From the IMG/VR virus record IMGVR_UViG_3300032236_000643, positions 6,411 to 70,410 of that record: DNA of 64,000 nucleotides. One strand, given 5' to 3'. The DNA comes from a virus. Numbering within the stretch: position 1 is the first letter of the stretch; every line of letters begins with the position of its first letter. Of this stretch, positions 9,188 to 21,400 are shown in pieces. The notes under the pieces are model-generated. The model was not told the origin of the DNA and searched no databases. It was given only the letters and a program-made list of their open reading frames with translations. A program made the position numbers and the translations under genes.

Positions 9188-10204
9188 GTGGCTGACTCCG
9201 CTGTAGCTATAACTGCTGGCACTGGTACAAGTATTGATACGCGCACGGAAGCAACGAATGGTGATCACCGTCAAGTTGTCGTAATTGGTGATCCGTCTGT
9301 CACTGCGGGTGTTGCCACGGTGAGCACGTTTGGTGAAGTTGGTGCGACAACAGTTGATCGTTCATCTAGTTTCACTGCGACAACGAACGCGACAGCGTAT
9401 GGTGCGATCACTGGTTTAAGCGGTGCGAATACGGCGATTATTAACGTAACGGCAATCACGGGCTCTGTATCAGTCAACGCTCAAGTTACCGCTGATGGGA
9501 CGAACTGGGTTTCGTTAACTTCGCCAACTGCTGTTTTTAACGTCGGTACAGGTACGTCGTTGACGTCTGGTGTCATTTCATCGACTGGTGTTTACGCTAT
9601 CTCCATCGCTGGTTTTACGGGCATTCGTGTTATTACGACTGCTGTAACAACAGGTCCGATGGTTGGGACTATCAACGTTTCAGCGCGGCCAATGCAACCA
9701 GCTTTTAGCACGTTGTCTCCTGGCGATTTTGACCCCGTTGCGACGGTTCAACGTTTAAGCACTCTTCCTCAAATTTATAATGGTGCTTCGTATGAGCGTC
9801 AGCGTGCCGCAACGTTTACTATTAACTCTGATACGTCATCTGCGCGAACTGCAACGGGTAACGGTACAGCAACAAATAATAATTCTGGCGCTAAGAATCT
9901 TGTGGTTTGGATTAACGTCACGGCTGTTTCAGGAACGTCACCGACGTGTGTGTTCAAACTTCAATGGTCACCGGATAACGGTACGACGTGGATTGACTGG
10001 GATACGACGAACCTTCAGACCACGAACGTGACAACCGTGTCAACGGTTTTGTTCAGGGCGGGTATTAACGCGACAACAGCTGCTGGTACGGCTACGTCGG
10101 GTGCTAAGCAGGACATTATCTATAAGCAGATACGTCTTGTGTGGACGATTGGTGGTACGACTCCGTCGTTTACGTTTGCCTCTTGGTATACGTTTACCGG
10201 TTGA
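9188..10204 (+). CDS. virion structural protein (two beta-sandwich-like repeats)
   Basis: Thr-rich; two INVTA...Q.S.D..NW units. Confidence 0.7.
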   Translation: MADSAVAITAGTGTSIDTRTEATNGDHRQVVVIGDPSVTAGVATVSTFGEVGATTVDRSSSFTATTNATAYGAITGLSGANTAIINVTAITGSVSVNAQVTADGTNWVSLTSPTAVFNVGTGTSLTSGVISSTGVYAISIAGFTGIRVITTAVTTGPMVGTINVSARPMQPAFSTLSPGDFDPVATVQRLSTLPQIYNGASYERQRAATFTINSDTSSARTATGNGTATNNNSGAKNLVVWINVTAVSGTSPTCVFKLQWSPDNGTTWIDWDTTNLQTTNVTTVSTVLFRAGINATTAAGTATSGAKQDIIYKQIRLVWTIGGTTPSFTFASWYTFTG

Positions 10205-10219
10205 TCAGGGGGTTAGCTG

Positions 10220-13200
10220 ATGCTGTTAACCCTGCTGCGTAATACGACGTCAGCGGCCGTCCCTGCTGTTCGTGGGTTTGCGTCTGGTTCTGCTGGTGGT
10301 AATACCACTGGGTCTATCACGATTAACGCGTCATCGCTGTCTACTCTGCCTGTGGCAGGGGATTTGTTGTTAGCGTTTGTTAATTACAACAACGGCAATA
10401 GCAACACAGGTCCAACGTTTGGTCCGACAACTCCTACGGGGTGGACGGTTGGTAGTGCGTCCACCTCGGGTGCTTCGACTGCTGACTGGTCGATTGTGTA
10501 TCGACGTACTGCTACAGCAACAACTGCTGACAATTTTGTTTTTAATTACGCTGGTGATGGTTCCGGTTTTGAGGCTAACGCAACGGCGATTGTGGTTGCG
10601 GTTCAGTCCGCGGGCACGCCAACGTTCGGCACGGTGACGAGTGCTTTCTCAACATCAACCGTTACTGTGCCAAGCCAAGGCAATACGAACGATTTGTTGC
10701 TCATTAACGCGGGTAACTTTGTCAATGGTGGCGGTGTAACTGCGTTCACGACGGTTCCTACGGGGATGTCGTCTATCACGTCTGCAACATCAGCTGGGTC
10801 GGACCAAGAAACCGGCATTCTTTACAAGCAATTGTTGGGTACTCCTGGTACGCGCACGATTACCACGGCATCGCTGGCTGCGATCATGGCCGTTGGCGTG
10901 TCTGTCCCGTACGCTGCGGCAAGTACGGCAGGCACTGGCACGTTAACGGGCTTAGGTGTTGCCGGTGCGAATGCAACAATGGTCGCGGGATCAGCGCTGA
11001 TGGGTGCCGGTGTTGCTACGAGCGGCCCTGCGACATCATCGGCATCATCGATATTAGGTGCTGGTGTTGTTGCCAACGGGTCGATTACGGCTAGTGCTGG
11101 CGCGAGTGCTATTGGTGCTGGTGCTGCCGTCAGTGGTCTCACGTCGACAACAGCTGCATCGTTAACTGGACTAGGTGTTGTTAGCGCAAACGCTACGGTC
11201 GGTGTGACAAGCCCTGTACCCGGTATTGGCGCAACAACGGGTAATACGACACTCATTGTCACAGGTCAGGTTGTTGGTTCTGGAAACCTGTCTACTGCGA
11301 ACGTCACAACTGTTTCTTCTAGTGGTGTCGTGGGTGCAGGTGTTTCGGGCAGTGGTCAAGCGACATCGAGTGCATCGTCGTTAACTGGTCTTGGTGTCGT
11401 TTCTGTATCGCCGACTGTTGTCGTTCAAGCAACAGCGACTGGCGTTGGCACGGCGGCTAACGCGTCCATTACGAACATCTCTGCCGGGGCGTTGTCAGGT
11501 GCAAGTGTGGCTGCTAGCGGTCTTACCGTGTCAAACGCAGCGTCACTTGTTGGATCTGGCGTTGCTGTAAATAGTCAAACGATTCTTAACTCAGGTGCTC
11601 CTGTCACAGGTAACGGTGTGGCAAACGGTGTCGTTGTCCAAAATGCGACGTCTGTTGTAACAGCGGCCGGCGTAACTAATTCTGGTCAAATAGCCACAAG
11701 TGCTGCGTCAAGCGTTGGTGTCGGCGTTGCAGCGAACAATCAAGTAATTGTCCTTGTTGCTGCGAACGTTGTAGGCGTTGGTGTTGCGTCGAACGTCAAC
11801 ATTATTAGGGCTATCTCGTCCGCTACGGGTCAAGGTTCTGCGACATCGGGTCAAGCATCGTCAAGCGCATCAACGAGTGCTGGTCTTGGGGTTGTTAACG
11901 CTAATCCGATTGTGAGCGCGCCCAGCGCACTGACAAGTACTGGTTCAGCAACGGGCAACAACACGAGTACGGTTAACGCGTCGTTTGTCGTGGGTGCTGG
12001 TGCTGTGAGTGCGAACGCTAACGGCTCACAATCCCTGACAGCCACAGCTACTGGTCTTGGTGTTGCTAATTCAACTGCAACTGTTTCTACTAGTTCAGCG
12101 TTAACTAGCGCGGGTATTGCTGGCGCGAAGTACGCGTCTGTCGCACCAAGTTCTATCTCCGGACAAGGAAGTGTCAACGCTAACGCCGCAATTGTCGCAA
12201 CCGCTACAAGCGCGGGCGCGGGTAGTATCGGTGGTGCGAGTGGCACAGGAACATTCGGGACCGCGACGGTTACCGGCTCTGGTAGTGCAACCGCCAACGC
12301 AAACCATGTCATTACCAGCCTTGTACAGGGCGTAGGTACTGCCACCGGTGCGTTCACGAATATTGTTAAAGCAACATCGAATGGTGTTGGTGTTAGCTCG
12401 GGCAACATTGTCATTGTCGCAACATCGACAATCGCCGGGGTTGGTGTCGCAGGATCAGGCCAAGCAACACTAATTGCCGCGTCCGCTACAGGAACATCCA
12501 GTGTTTCTGCGACAGGACAAATCCTTCAAGGTGCAGCTGCTGTTGGCAATGGCAGTGCTGCCGCGATGGCTACTGTTATCGCATCCGCGACAATTGCAAG
12601 CGCAACGTCCACGTCAACACGATCGTCAACGATCGTTAATGCAGGTATTGCTGCCGCAAGTATGAGTGTCGCTGCTGCGAATGTTTTGTCGGATTACATC
12701 GCGACAACGACGCTGCCTGTGACGAACTCTGTCAAGATTGCACGTCGGGCGATCAGTAAGGCGCGTGATCGTGCGCGTAGCAATTTTGAAGCGCTAATGG
12801 TTTCTCAAATTGTGATTACACGACGATCCGTTGGCAATCTGGATGCAGCATCAGGTCAAATCACGGCTCATACTGATCTGGGTGTGTATCAAGGCCCAGC
12901 GCGACTTGTGACCGCGTCTGGTCCTGTCACATACACGTACGGGGAAGAAGTGAACTATTTCTCCACTTCGTACGCATATATTCCTATTGATGATAATGGT
13001 CAGCCGATCGTTGTTGATGTAAATGACTTCTTGCAGGTCACGGCTCATGATGATCCAGGTATGACGGGGCGACGGTTCCGTATCGTTGATGTCGAATCAA
13101 CGGGAGTTTTAGCGACAACGAGGCGTTTACAACTTGTGGGTGCACAAGTATCACCGTCGTGGGTTGATGCGACTGCTCGTCACCCAGCATCAGGTTTCTC

Positions 13201-13234
13201 CGTGGACACTGTTCCACCGGAATGGACTGTGTGA
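10220..13234 (+). CDS. long A/G/S/T/V repeat fibre fused to a C-terminal head-to-tail stopper-like domain
   Basis: About 600 aa of GxG repeats; C-terminal VYQGPARL...DDPGMTGRRFRIVDV...TTRRL resembles DUF6093 stoppers. Confidence 0.7.
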   Translation: MLLTLLRNTTSAAVPAVRGFASGSAGGNTTGSITINASSLSTLPVAGDLLLAFVNYNNGNSNTGPTFGPTTPTGWTVGSASTSGASTADWSIVYRRTATATTADNFVFNYAGDGSGFEANATAIVVAVQSAGTPTFGTVTSAFSTSTVTVPSQGNTNDLLLINAGNFVNGGGVTAFTTVPTGMSSITSATSAGSDQETGILYKQLLGTPGTRTITTASLAAIMAVGVSVPYAAASTAGTGTLTGLGVAGANATMVAGSALMGAGVATSGPATSSASSILGAGVVANGSITASAGASAIGAGAAVSGLTSTTAASLTGLGVVSANATVGVTSPVPGIGATTGNTTLIVTGQVVGSGNLSTANVTTVSSSGVVGAGVSGSGQATSSASSLTGLGVVSVSPTVVVQATATGVGTAANASITNISAGALSGASVAASGLTVSNAASLVGSGVAVNSQTILNSGAPVTGNGVANGVVVQNATSVVTAAGVTNSGQIATSAASSVGVGVAANNQVIVLVAANVVGVGVASNVNIIRAISSATGQGSATSGQASSSASTSAGLGVVNANPIVSAPSALTSTGSATGNNTSTVNASFVVGAGAVSANANGSQSLTATATGLGVANSTATVSTSSALTSAGIAGAKYASVAPSSISGQGSVNANAAIVATATSAGAGSIGGASGTGTFGTATVTGSGSATANANHVITSLVQGVGTATGAFTNIVKATSNGVGVSSGNIVIVATSTIAGVGVAGSGQATLIAASATGTSSVSATGQILQGAAAVGNGSAAAMATVIASATIASATSTSTRSSTIVNAGIAAASMSVAAANVLSDYIATTTLPVTNSVKIARRAISKARDRARSNFEALMVSQIVITRRSVGNLDAASGQITAHTDLGVYQGPARLVTASGPVTYTYGEEVNYFSTSYAYIPIDDNGQPIVVDVNDFLQVTAHDDPGMTGRRFRIVDVESTGVLATTRRLQLVGAQVSPSWVDATARHPASGFSVDTVPPEWTV

Positions 13235-13692
13235 TGTTGGATCATAATGCGCTGACGACAGCGCTTGTGGCGCACATGAACGCGGAGTTTTCGGCTCGGA
13301 TTTCCAGTTCAGCTTTACCACTGGTCAGTGTTGGTATCGCTCCGCAGGCTGGTGGCTGGTTAAACGGTCAACCAGGTGATGGCATTTATCGTCCGTATAC
13401 CGTGATTGTGGCTGGGGGAGCAGCACCCCGTTACTTGGATCTGTCTAGTTTTGATCCGGAGTGGGCTGTGTCGTTTTCGCTGCGTTCGTTCGGTGGATCG
13501 TACGACCAGTGCGAGTGGATGGCCGCGTTGGCTCGTAACTCGGTGAGCACGATCGCCCATAAGACGTTTGATACGAACTGGTCAATCATTGGTTACGAGT
13601 GGGATTCTTTAGGACCTGTTTCTAGGTTAGATTCGACCGCTCCACCATCATGGCAAGTGTTTGATAATTTAACACTCGTAACGGCTTCCTAG
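13234..13692 (+). CDS. tail terminator
   Basis: Position before the major tail gene; VGIAPQAGGW, PYTVI and QCEWMA pattern. Confidence 0.7.
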   Translation: MLDHNALTTALVAHMNAEFSARISSSALPLVSVGIAPQAGGWLNGQPGDGIYRPYTVIVAGGAAPRYLDLSSFDPEWAVSFSLRSFGGSYDQCEWMAALARNSVSTIAHKTFDTNWSIIGYEWDSLGPVSRLDSTAPPSWQVFDNLTLVTAS

Positions 13693-13755
13693 ACGTTTCA
13701 CGCGTTCTGGTCTACTATTTTAATGTAGGGAACAGGTTAATTTAAGGAGGCCCTA

Positions 13756-14598
13756 GTGGCAAAGATCATTCCCAATCAGAACTCGTGGATCGGGTTCACT
13801 GCAACAGCCCCTGCTGGGTACAGTTCGTCAGCCGCGATTGCTGGTTCGGGTGTGACCGTCACTGAGCTGGAACTGGATGCTTCAACAAACCTCACTCCGT
13901 TTGTTGTATCTCTCACTGCCTCGGCGCAGGGTAATACCGTTCCGATTCCTTCTCTGGATTCAACCTTTGACCGTTCCATTTATGGTACGACTCAGGCGAC
14001 TTTTCAGGGTGACTTCTACCGCGATACGACGGCTGATACTGCATGGACCACTCTTACGCGTGGTACGTCGGGTTACATGCTCGTGTCACGTTTCGGTGGA
14101 ACGGGCACGAACAAGGTTCCGCGTGCTGGCCAGACTGTTGAAGTATGGCCGATTCAAATCACGCAGCGCGCTGGCTCACAGTTGACATCCAACCAGGCTC
14201 AAACGTTCACTGTGAACGCTGCTGTGTTCGATCCGGCTGCTGAAAGCGCTGCTGTTACCGCTAGCACGGGTGTTCCAAGCACTCCGCTTAACTTCGCAGC
14301 GACGAAGGAAGCTAACGGTATCGCTGTTCTTGACTGGAATGTTCCTGTGTTCCTTGGCACGGGTGGCCTTAATGCGACCACGCCGTACAAGGTGTACCAG
14401 TCAGCTGCTGGTGCTGCTCAGTCGACTATTGCCACGGGTGGTACTGCTCTGACTGTTGGTACTGGATTTACCTTGAGTGGTACGACGGCTCGTATCTCTA
14501 CGGGTCTGACCACTGGTCAGACGTACTGGTTCGGCCTTGAGGCTGTGAACAACGCTGGCACGTCAGGTGCTCGCGTGTTCGCATCTGTGACTGTCTAG
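13756..14598 (+). CDS. major tail protein with C-terminal fibronectin-III-like domain
   Basis: AAGGAGG RBS; GQTVEVWP motif; PSTPLNF..LDW..YKVY..YWFGLEAVN is FN3-like. Confidence 0.85.
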   Translation: MAKIIPNQNSWIGFTATAPAGYSSSAAIAGSGVTVTELELDASTNLTPFVVSLTASAQGNTVPIPSLDSTFDRSIYGTTQATFQGDFYRDTTADTAWTTLTRGTSGYMLVSRFGGTGTNKVPRAGQTVEVWPIQITQRAGSQLTSNQAQTFTVNAAVFDPAAESAAVTASTGVPSTPLNFAATKEANGIAVLDWNVPVFLGTGGLNATTPYKVYQSAAGAAQSTIATGGTALTVGTGFTLSGTTARISTGLTTGQTYWFGLEAVNNAGTSGARVFASVTV

Positions 14599-14616
14599 TC
14601 AAACGGTGTAAGCCAC

Positions 14617-14648
14617 GTGGGGCGTTCAGGTTCGCCTGAGCGCCCCAC
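14617..14648 (+). terminator. hairpin after the major tail gene
   Basis: GTGGGGCGTTCAGG-TTCG-CCTGAGCGCCCCAC; only a weak U tract follows. Confidence 0.55.
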
Positions 14649-14684
14649 ACTCTTAACTACGATGTTTGTGAAGGAAGGTTTGTT

Positions 14685-15074
14685 ATGGCATCTCGCCGCC
14701 GCCCGGCAACTGCCGCAGATTTGCTAGGTAAGCCCGCACGCACTCAAGACATTACGATCACTGTTCCTGGTGAGAAAGATGATGTTGAGTTCACTCTTAA
14801 ACTTCGTGCGGTTTCTGCGACAACGTATGACAAGTTGCTCGCTGATCATCCACCGACGAAGGAACAAACAGCGGATGGTGCGGGGTATAACGCAGACACG
14901 TTTGCACCAGCGATCATTTCTGCTGTTGTTGTTGAACCGTCGTTGACGGTTGAGCAGGCAGCGGAGATTTGGACAGGTGATACGTGGTCTCGTGGCGAGT
15001 TACGTGACTTGTTCATGGCGTGTGTGAATTTGTGTGCTCGGGGACTTGATGTCCCTTTCACACGCGCCGACTGA
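14685..15074 (+). CDS. tail assembly chaperone (G)
   Basis: Between major tail and tape measure genes; slippery CCCTTTC at 15053-15059. Confidence 0.85.
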   Translation: MASRRRPATAADLLGKPARTQDITITVPGEKDDVEFTLKLRAVSATTYDKLLADHPPTKEQTADGAGYNADTFAPAIISAVVVEPSLTVEQAAEIWTGDTWSRGELRDLFMACVNLCARGLDVPFTRAD

Positions 15075-15409
15075 GGTACGACCCGGCTTTCGCTATGGAA
15101 GTGGCGTGGTGTTCCGATCACGGATTACCACATTCCACGTTACTTTCTTGGTCGCCGGAGGATCGAGCGAAGCTGACAGCGCATTTGCTTGAGTCGGCAG
15201 CGAAATGTCAGATGTGTGGGACGGCGGCGTGGGAGTGGGAAGTTGATCGCAATGCGTACGAACCAGCCGTCGATCAATGCTGGGGTTGTTACGTCAAGGA
15301 CGCCGCTAATGAGGATGCCCCTGACCTACCAGGCTCACGCATCGTTCTCATCCCGGCGAAGGTCGCTGAGCAGCGTCGTGAAAGCGGTCAAAGTTTTGAG
15401 TGGGACTGA
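15053..15409 (+). CDS. tail assembly chaperone (T), reached by -1 frameshift
   Basis: The -1 frame from CCCTTTC is open into the 15095..15409 ORF. Confidence 0.8.
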   Translation, partial: PFHTRRLRYDPAFAMEVAWCSDHGLPHSTLLSWSPEDRAKLTAHLLESAAKCQMCGTAAWEWEVDRNAYEPAVDQCWGCYVKDAANEDAPDLPGSRIVLIPAKVAEQRRESGQSFEWD

Positions 15410-15415
15410 TAGTCG

Positions 15416-18400
15416 ATGACTGATATGACGTTCGACGTTAACGTTGGCGGGAATTTCTCTGCCACGTTGAATCAAATGCTGGCTGAGGCTGATCAGTTTT
15501 CGAAACAGACAGATGGTCTTGTTGGTCAGATTGGCCGGTTGAATCAGGTCACTGTTGGTTTGATTAATTCAACGACTGGTTTGACTGGGGCTAATAAGGT
15601 TGCGACCGCTCAGGCTGCTGCGTATCAGGAAGCCATGGCGGGCATTGATGCGTCAACGAAGGTCACGCATCAATCGTTTGAAGAGTTGCGTTCGATCACG
15701 TTGGAGTTGGCTCGTAGCCTGCCTGGTGGTTTGAGTGAGGCGGTTCATATTGTTGAATCGTTACAAAAGTCTGGTGTCACGGCTGAAGCGTCGATCCGTA
15801 AACTGTCGACAACGTTCGCTGATTTGGGTCATGCAAACGGTTTGGATGGTGCTGCGCTCGGCAAAGAACTGTTGTCGTTGAATCGTGTTTTCGGCAACTC
15901 ACAAGATCAGATCAGTGGTTTTGGTGATTCGTTAACGTCACTGTCCAAAAAGTATGGTGCGTCTGCGGATGGTGCGCTTGCGTTCGCTAAAGCGTTGTCA
16001 CCGGTTGCTGCTCAGGCTGGTTTGTCTGAAGGTGCTGTTCTCGGTTTGGGTACGGCAGCTGCACGTCTTGGTGAGGATGGTACGGCCGGCGCGACAGCGA
16101 TTAACAAGGTCCTGTTGGATTTGACGCGTTCTGTGCGTGATGGCACGCCAGAGATTCGCGAGTATGCGCGCATGTTAAACGTGTCCGCATCCTCGCTGAC
16201 ACAAATGTTCAAGTCTGATCCGACTGATGTTGTCGTCCGTTTCACAGAAGCCATTAAGAAGGGCGGCCCGGACGCTCAACGTTCGTTGGAAGCGTTAGGT
16301 TTTGATGCAACGCGTACGGTGCGTTCCCTTCAAGCGTTGTCTTCTGAAGGTAATCTGCGTCAGATCATTTCGGATTCCACAAAAGCGTATGGGGATGGTT
16401 CCACGGCGACGGCTGCTGAGACAGCGATCGGTGGCGTTAACGACCAAGTACGCAAACTATCCGAATCGTTATCTCAGACCGTTGCTGCCGCTGGTACACC
16501 ATTCTTAGGTTTTTTGAATGCTGTTTTGAAGGCTGCTAACGCTGTTTCTGGTGCTATCGCGGGTATCGCTCAATCGAAACCAGTTCAAACGTTGGGTGGC
16601 CTTGGCGCTGTTGCTGGTTTCGTTGGTGGCGCAGCAATTCAAGCGTTGGGCGCTGTTTCAACCATTGCGTTAGGTCGCCGTGCGTTCAATTTTGGTCGGC
16701 GTACGATCAATGGCACAGAGGGTGTCGAAGGTAGCGGCATCGGTGAATCATTTTACCGTGGCCAAACGGAGGGCACGTTACGTGAGAACGCGACGATTGC
16801 TGAACGGACTGCGTTCTTTGTTGGTCGTCAAGCACCCAAAACGCCCACCGGTCAGGGCTTTGCAGTTAATGCTGAAGGCGAAACTGTTCGTACAAACTTT
16901 TACGCTCCGCGTACGCAAAGGGAACTTAATCTCGGGCGCACGATTACTGGTGCGGCTAAGAACACATTAGGTCTTGGCGCGAATGTTGTTGAGGCTGCTG
17001 CGAACTTTTATGCACGTGATTTTGCGTCTGCGGATCAGAATGGTCGCGGACCAATCCGTGATATACCCAGGACACCTGCTGGTCAAGTATTTGGTTATGC
17101 TCAAACGCGTGCATCTGAACAGTCAGAAGCAGCTCGTGCCACGCGGACGCAAGCACGTGAAGTTCTTAAGACCGATGGTGTTAGTGAAGCGGGCAAGGTT
17201 TACGCTCGATCACTAACAGAGTCAGCTGCTGCAACACGGACCATGATTGTTGGTACGAAGGATGCTACGCGTGCGTTCCTGAATACGTCTGAGTCTGGTA
17301 ATCGTGCGGCTAAAGCATTGGGTCGTGTCGCTTTTGAAGCGACTGCGTATACCGGTCGTGAACTTAAGAGTGCGGGTAAAGCAGCGTTCAGCGGCGTTAA
17401 GGGTCTTGCTGGGACGATCGCTGAAACAGCGGAGGGCGCAGGTCCGCTTGTTGTCGCGTCCGTTGCCGCTGGCATTGGCCTTAAAATCATTGACACGGTT
17501 AAGTCCGCGACGAATGCGACTACGGATGCCGCAGCTAAAGGTAAAACTGATATTTATGGTCAGTTCAATGATTTTGCTGCGGCTGCGGGCATTGCCGGTA
17601 AGGGGTTGCAGTCTTTTACTGAGCAACTGGCGTTAACCACGACACAGATCAGTAATCAGAACACGACTGTTAAGCAAGCGACAACTCTGACGAAGCAAGA
17701 GTTGGATAATGCTGCTAGCCCTGGTTATCAGCGCGCGTTCAATGGCTTGCAAGCGAACGGTACTGCTGAGGGTTTGACGACTCAGGCACGGTTGATGCTC
17801 GGTCCAAATGCTGCTCCGCAGGCTATCGCTCGCGTCTTGTCTGACATTCAAAACCAGTACGGGAACACGACACTCACAACCAATGTGGGTAGTTCTCTTG
17901 CGACTCAGAACAGTAAGCCGATTGATTACGGTGCGTCACTTAAGCTTGCTGGTCAGCAGAACGATTGGAAGAACACGCTTTTTGGTACGTTGAATGATGC
18001 GCAGAACTCTGTTGTTCAGGGTGTTGTGTCGCAAGCATCTGCGGCTGTTAATCAGAAAACTGATACGTATGGTGGCGAAGCTACGGCGACGGCTAAGTTC
18101 GCTGAGGCGAAAAAGATTTACGACGAGGGTGTTAAGAAGTTCCAAGCCGGTGATTTTCAAGGCGCTGAGGCGGCAAAGGCATCTGTCGCTCAACTTCTAA
18201 ACACGAACAAGACGGTCTTGTCGTTCGCTGGTAACACTCCATTTGAGAGTGGAAGCCAGAACTTCGAACAGGAAATTAAGCGCGTCAGGGATAGCGAAAC
18301 CGGTGGTATTAATGGTTTCTTCGACCGGTTAAGTGGTGTTAACCCGGACACGGACTTCGCTTTCTTAGACCAGTACAAGAATCTTCCTTCTGGTACTGAC

Positions 18401-21400
18401 CTATCGAAGCCGAACTATAACGCGCTGGCTAAGCCATCTGAGTTAGAGAACGCGTCGGTCAAGATGTCGAACGCGTTCAAGAGCGTTTCCCAAGATGTGT
18501 CTCGATCAGGGCATGATATTTCTGAAGCGTTCTTTGGTGTCGCACGTGAAACGCGTGGTGGCCCAAAAGCATCGCAATTGGCTCTTGATGTTAATACGGC
18601 TATAACTAATCCTGGTGATCTGACGGCGCAAGAGACTGCTGGTCGTGGTTTGGCTGCTCGGTCGTTGACGCAGTTCGGATCACCTGAGATGGCTAACTTG
18701 TCGTTGGTTGCTCAGCAGGACCAGTTTGGTGTGAATTCGCCGCAGCGCGGATTGCTTGCTCGCGCTCAGCAACAGTTACAAGCAGCTGCGACGATCACGC
18801 AGGCTGGTTCGTCAACGTATGACAATACGGCGCGTCAGATTTTTGCGGCCCGTCAAGCTAAGTCAATTGGCCCATTGGCTGATCAAGGGTTGGAGCAGCA
18901 ACGCCAGCAAGTCATTGCGGGTGAGGCGCAAGGGTACGCGACCCGTCTGCAAATGATGAAGCAGTTCGTTATGGCTTCACGCCAGTTGAACTTGCAGTTG
19001 GCTCGTCAGGATCAGGATGCTGCGCGTGATCGTGCTCGCGCGAACGAAGATTTTAATCGTCAGACAGATCATGCGAATCAGGATTACAACCGTCAACGTG
19101 CGAACGCTGAGTTTGATTACAACGAGGGTGTTAAGCGTTCGAAGGCTGATTATCACGAGGCGGTGTTCCGTCAAACACGTGATTTTAACAAGTCGATAAC
19201 TCGCGCTGAGGCTGATTTTGATACGCAGCGTATGCGTTCTCAGCGTGATTTCAATAAGCAGATGAAGCGCATGGTTGAGGATGCTGCGAAGGATCTGTAC
19301 GACCCGTATAAGCGTATTCAAGCGCAGCAAGTGTGGGATGCGAAGTCACTGCTGACGAACTTGAAGGAACAGAACGCTGCTATCACGAAGCAAACGTCTG
19401 AGTTGGCTCAGGCTCAATCGTTGGGCTTGTCTCAGAAGGTCATTGACCAGTTAAAATTGTCGAACCCTGAGAACGCTCAACAGTTGGATCGTTTGATTCA
19501 GGATTTGAAGAACGATCCGTCTCTGGTGAATCAGTACAACCAGTCAGCTGATACGCGGCAGACGGCCGCTCAGGGTCTTGTTGAGAATAATGCGAACGAC
19601 ACGTATCGCAGGTCTGTTGAAGACTTTAAGCAGTCTCAGGCTGATGCTACGGCCGATTTTGAGAAGTCTATTAAGCGTTCGAAGGCTGATTTTGCGGTTT
19701 CACTCGCGGACGAGTCGAAAGATTTTGCGAAGAACTTGTCGCGTGGTGAAGCCGATTTTAAGAAGGCTATGGCTCGTAACGCGACTGAGTTCTCTATTTC
19801 TATGTCGCGTGCCGCGGACGAGTTCAAGCGGACGATGTCACGTATGGCAACAGATTTGACGACTGCGCGTGCGCGTGCGTTGCAAGATTTGGGTTTGTTC
19901 GCTGATGATGTGACTGGTGGACCGCAGGGTATTTTGACTGCGTTCAATAAGGCGATTAACACGTTCAACATTCAGTTGACGAAGATCCCGGCAAAGATTC
20001 GACCCACGATGGGTGCGAATCTGAAGCAACTGTGGATCGATGCTGGTACGGACCTTAAAACGTATCTTGATGCGACGTTGAAACCGTATGGTTTGGATTC
20101 GTCAATTTTTACTTCGAAACCAAAATCATCGTCACAGCAGGTTACCGGTGGTGGATCAGAACATTCAGGTCATGGCGCATCAACGGGTGGAACGTCTCAG
20201 CAAACGACGGGTAATGGTACCGAGCATTCGGGGCAAGGCCGATCAAACGACCAAAACACGTCTCGCGCGAATGCTCACGCAGCTGGTGCTATCGTCCGAG
20301 GGCCTGAGGTAGCACTTATTGGTGAGGCTGGTCCTGAGGCTGTTCTCCCGTTGAATGCCACTGGATCAAAGTTTATTGCGGACATGCTGATCAGGTACAT
20401 CGGCCAGATCACTGTACCTGGCTCGTCAGCGCGAACGACAACGAGTGAGCATACGTCTAGTTCGGATGTTTCGCGTCAGTCGATGTCTGAGCGGGTTCGC
20501 GAGTTATCTCATACGCGTGTCGAATCGTCTGTTCAAGATCGTCGTTTAAGTGAAGCGTTTGCACGAACGGAACAGATTTTCACTCAATTCTTATCTCGTG
20601 ATGAGTCACGTGTTGAGCATAGAAATGTTGATACGACAACTACGTCAGCGACGCATACAAACAGTCATACGTCACATCGGGAGCGGACCGTTGAACGCAT
20701 GCTGGCAGACACGTTGTCGCAAGTTAACCGAACCTATGAAAAGTTTTTGACGTCAACTGAGTCTTTGGTACGTCAAGAGATGCGTGTTTTAGAGTCACAT
20801 ACGACTAGTAGTTCGACGAACGTTTCTACATCGAACACGCTTACCACTGTTAACCCGTCCGAACCGTCCAACCCGTCCGTGACGCATTCGACGGGGAACA
20901 GCGGCGTTAATGGTAATCCGACAGCATCACCGCATCCAGTTGCGACCGTCCACCATCAACACCGTCAGTACGAAAGTCACCGTCAGTACACGGAATCGAT
21001 GGTGAATCGAAAGTTTGACGAAATCATTAAGCGCAGTGAACTAGCGCTTATGCGCAAGCATGAAGACACGGTATATACGCGCACACGGTCACGTGACGTG
21101 TCACGCGTGGATGAGGCGAAGCTCGTCACGGAAATCATGCGTCGCGCTGTGGAATCGTTGTCACATCGGGAAACATCGTCACATCACGAGTCGCGTTATG
21201 AACGTACGACGACGCACACGCGAGTAGATCCAGTGACGGAACGTTTGCGTATGGAACGTAAACAGCGCGATGAAATTTTGTTGTTCGATCGTTCGTACGC
21301 GAACACGTTACGACGAACTCCTGATTACTCGTCACGCGCTCAACACGTTCAAGGTCAACATGTGCGCACACAACGTGCAATGGAGTACGCGTCTGTTATT

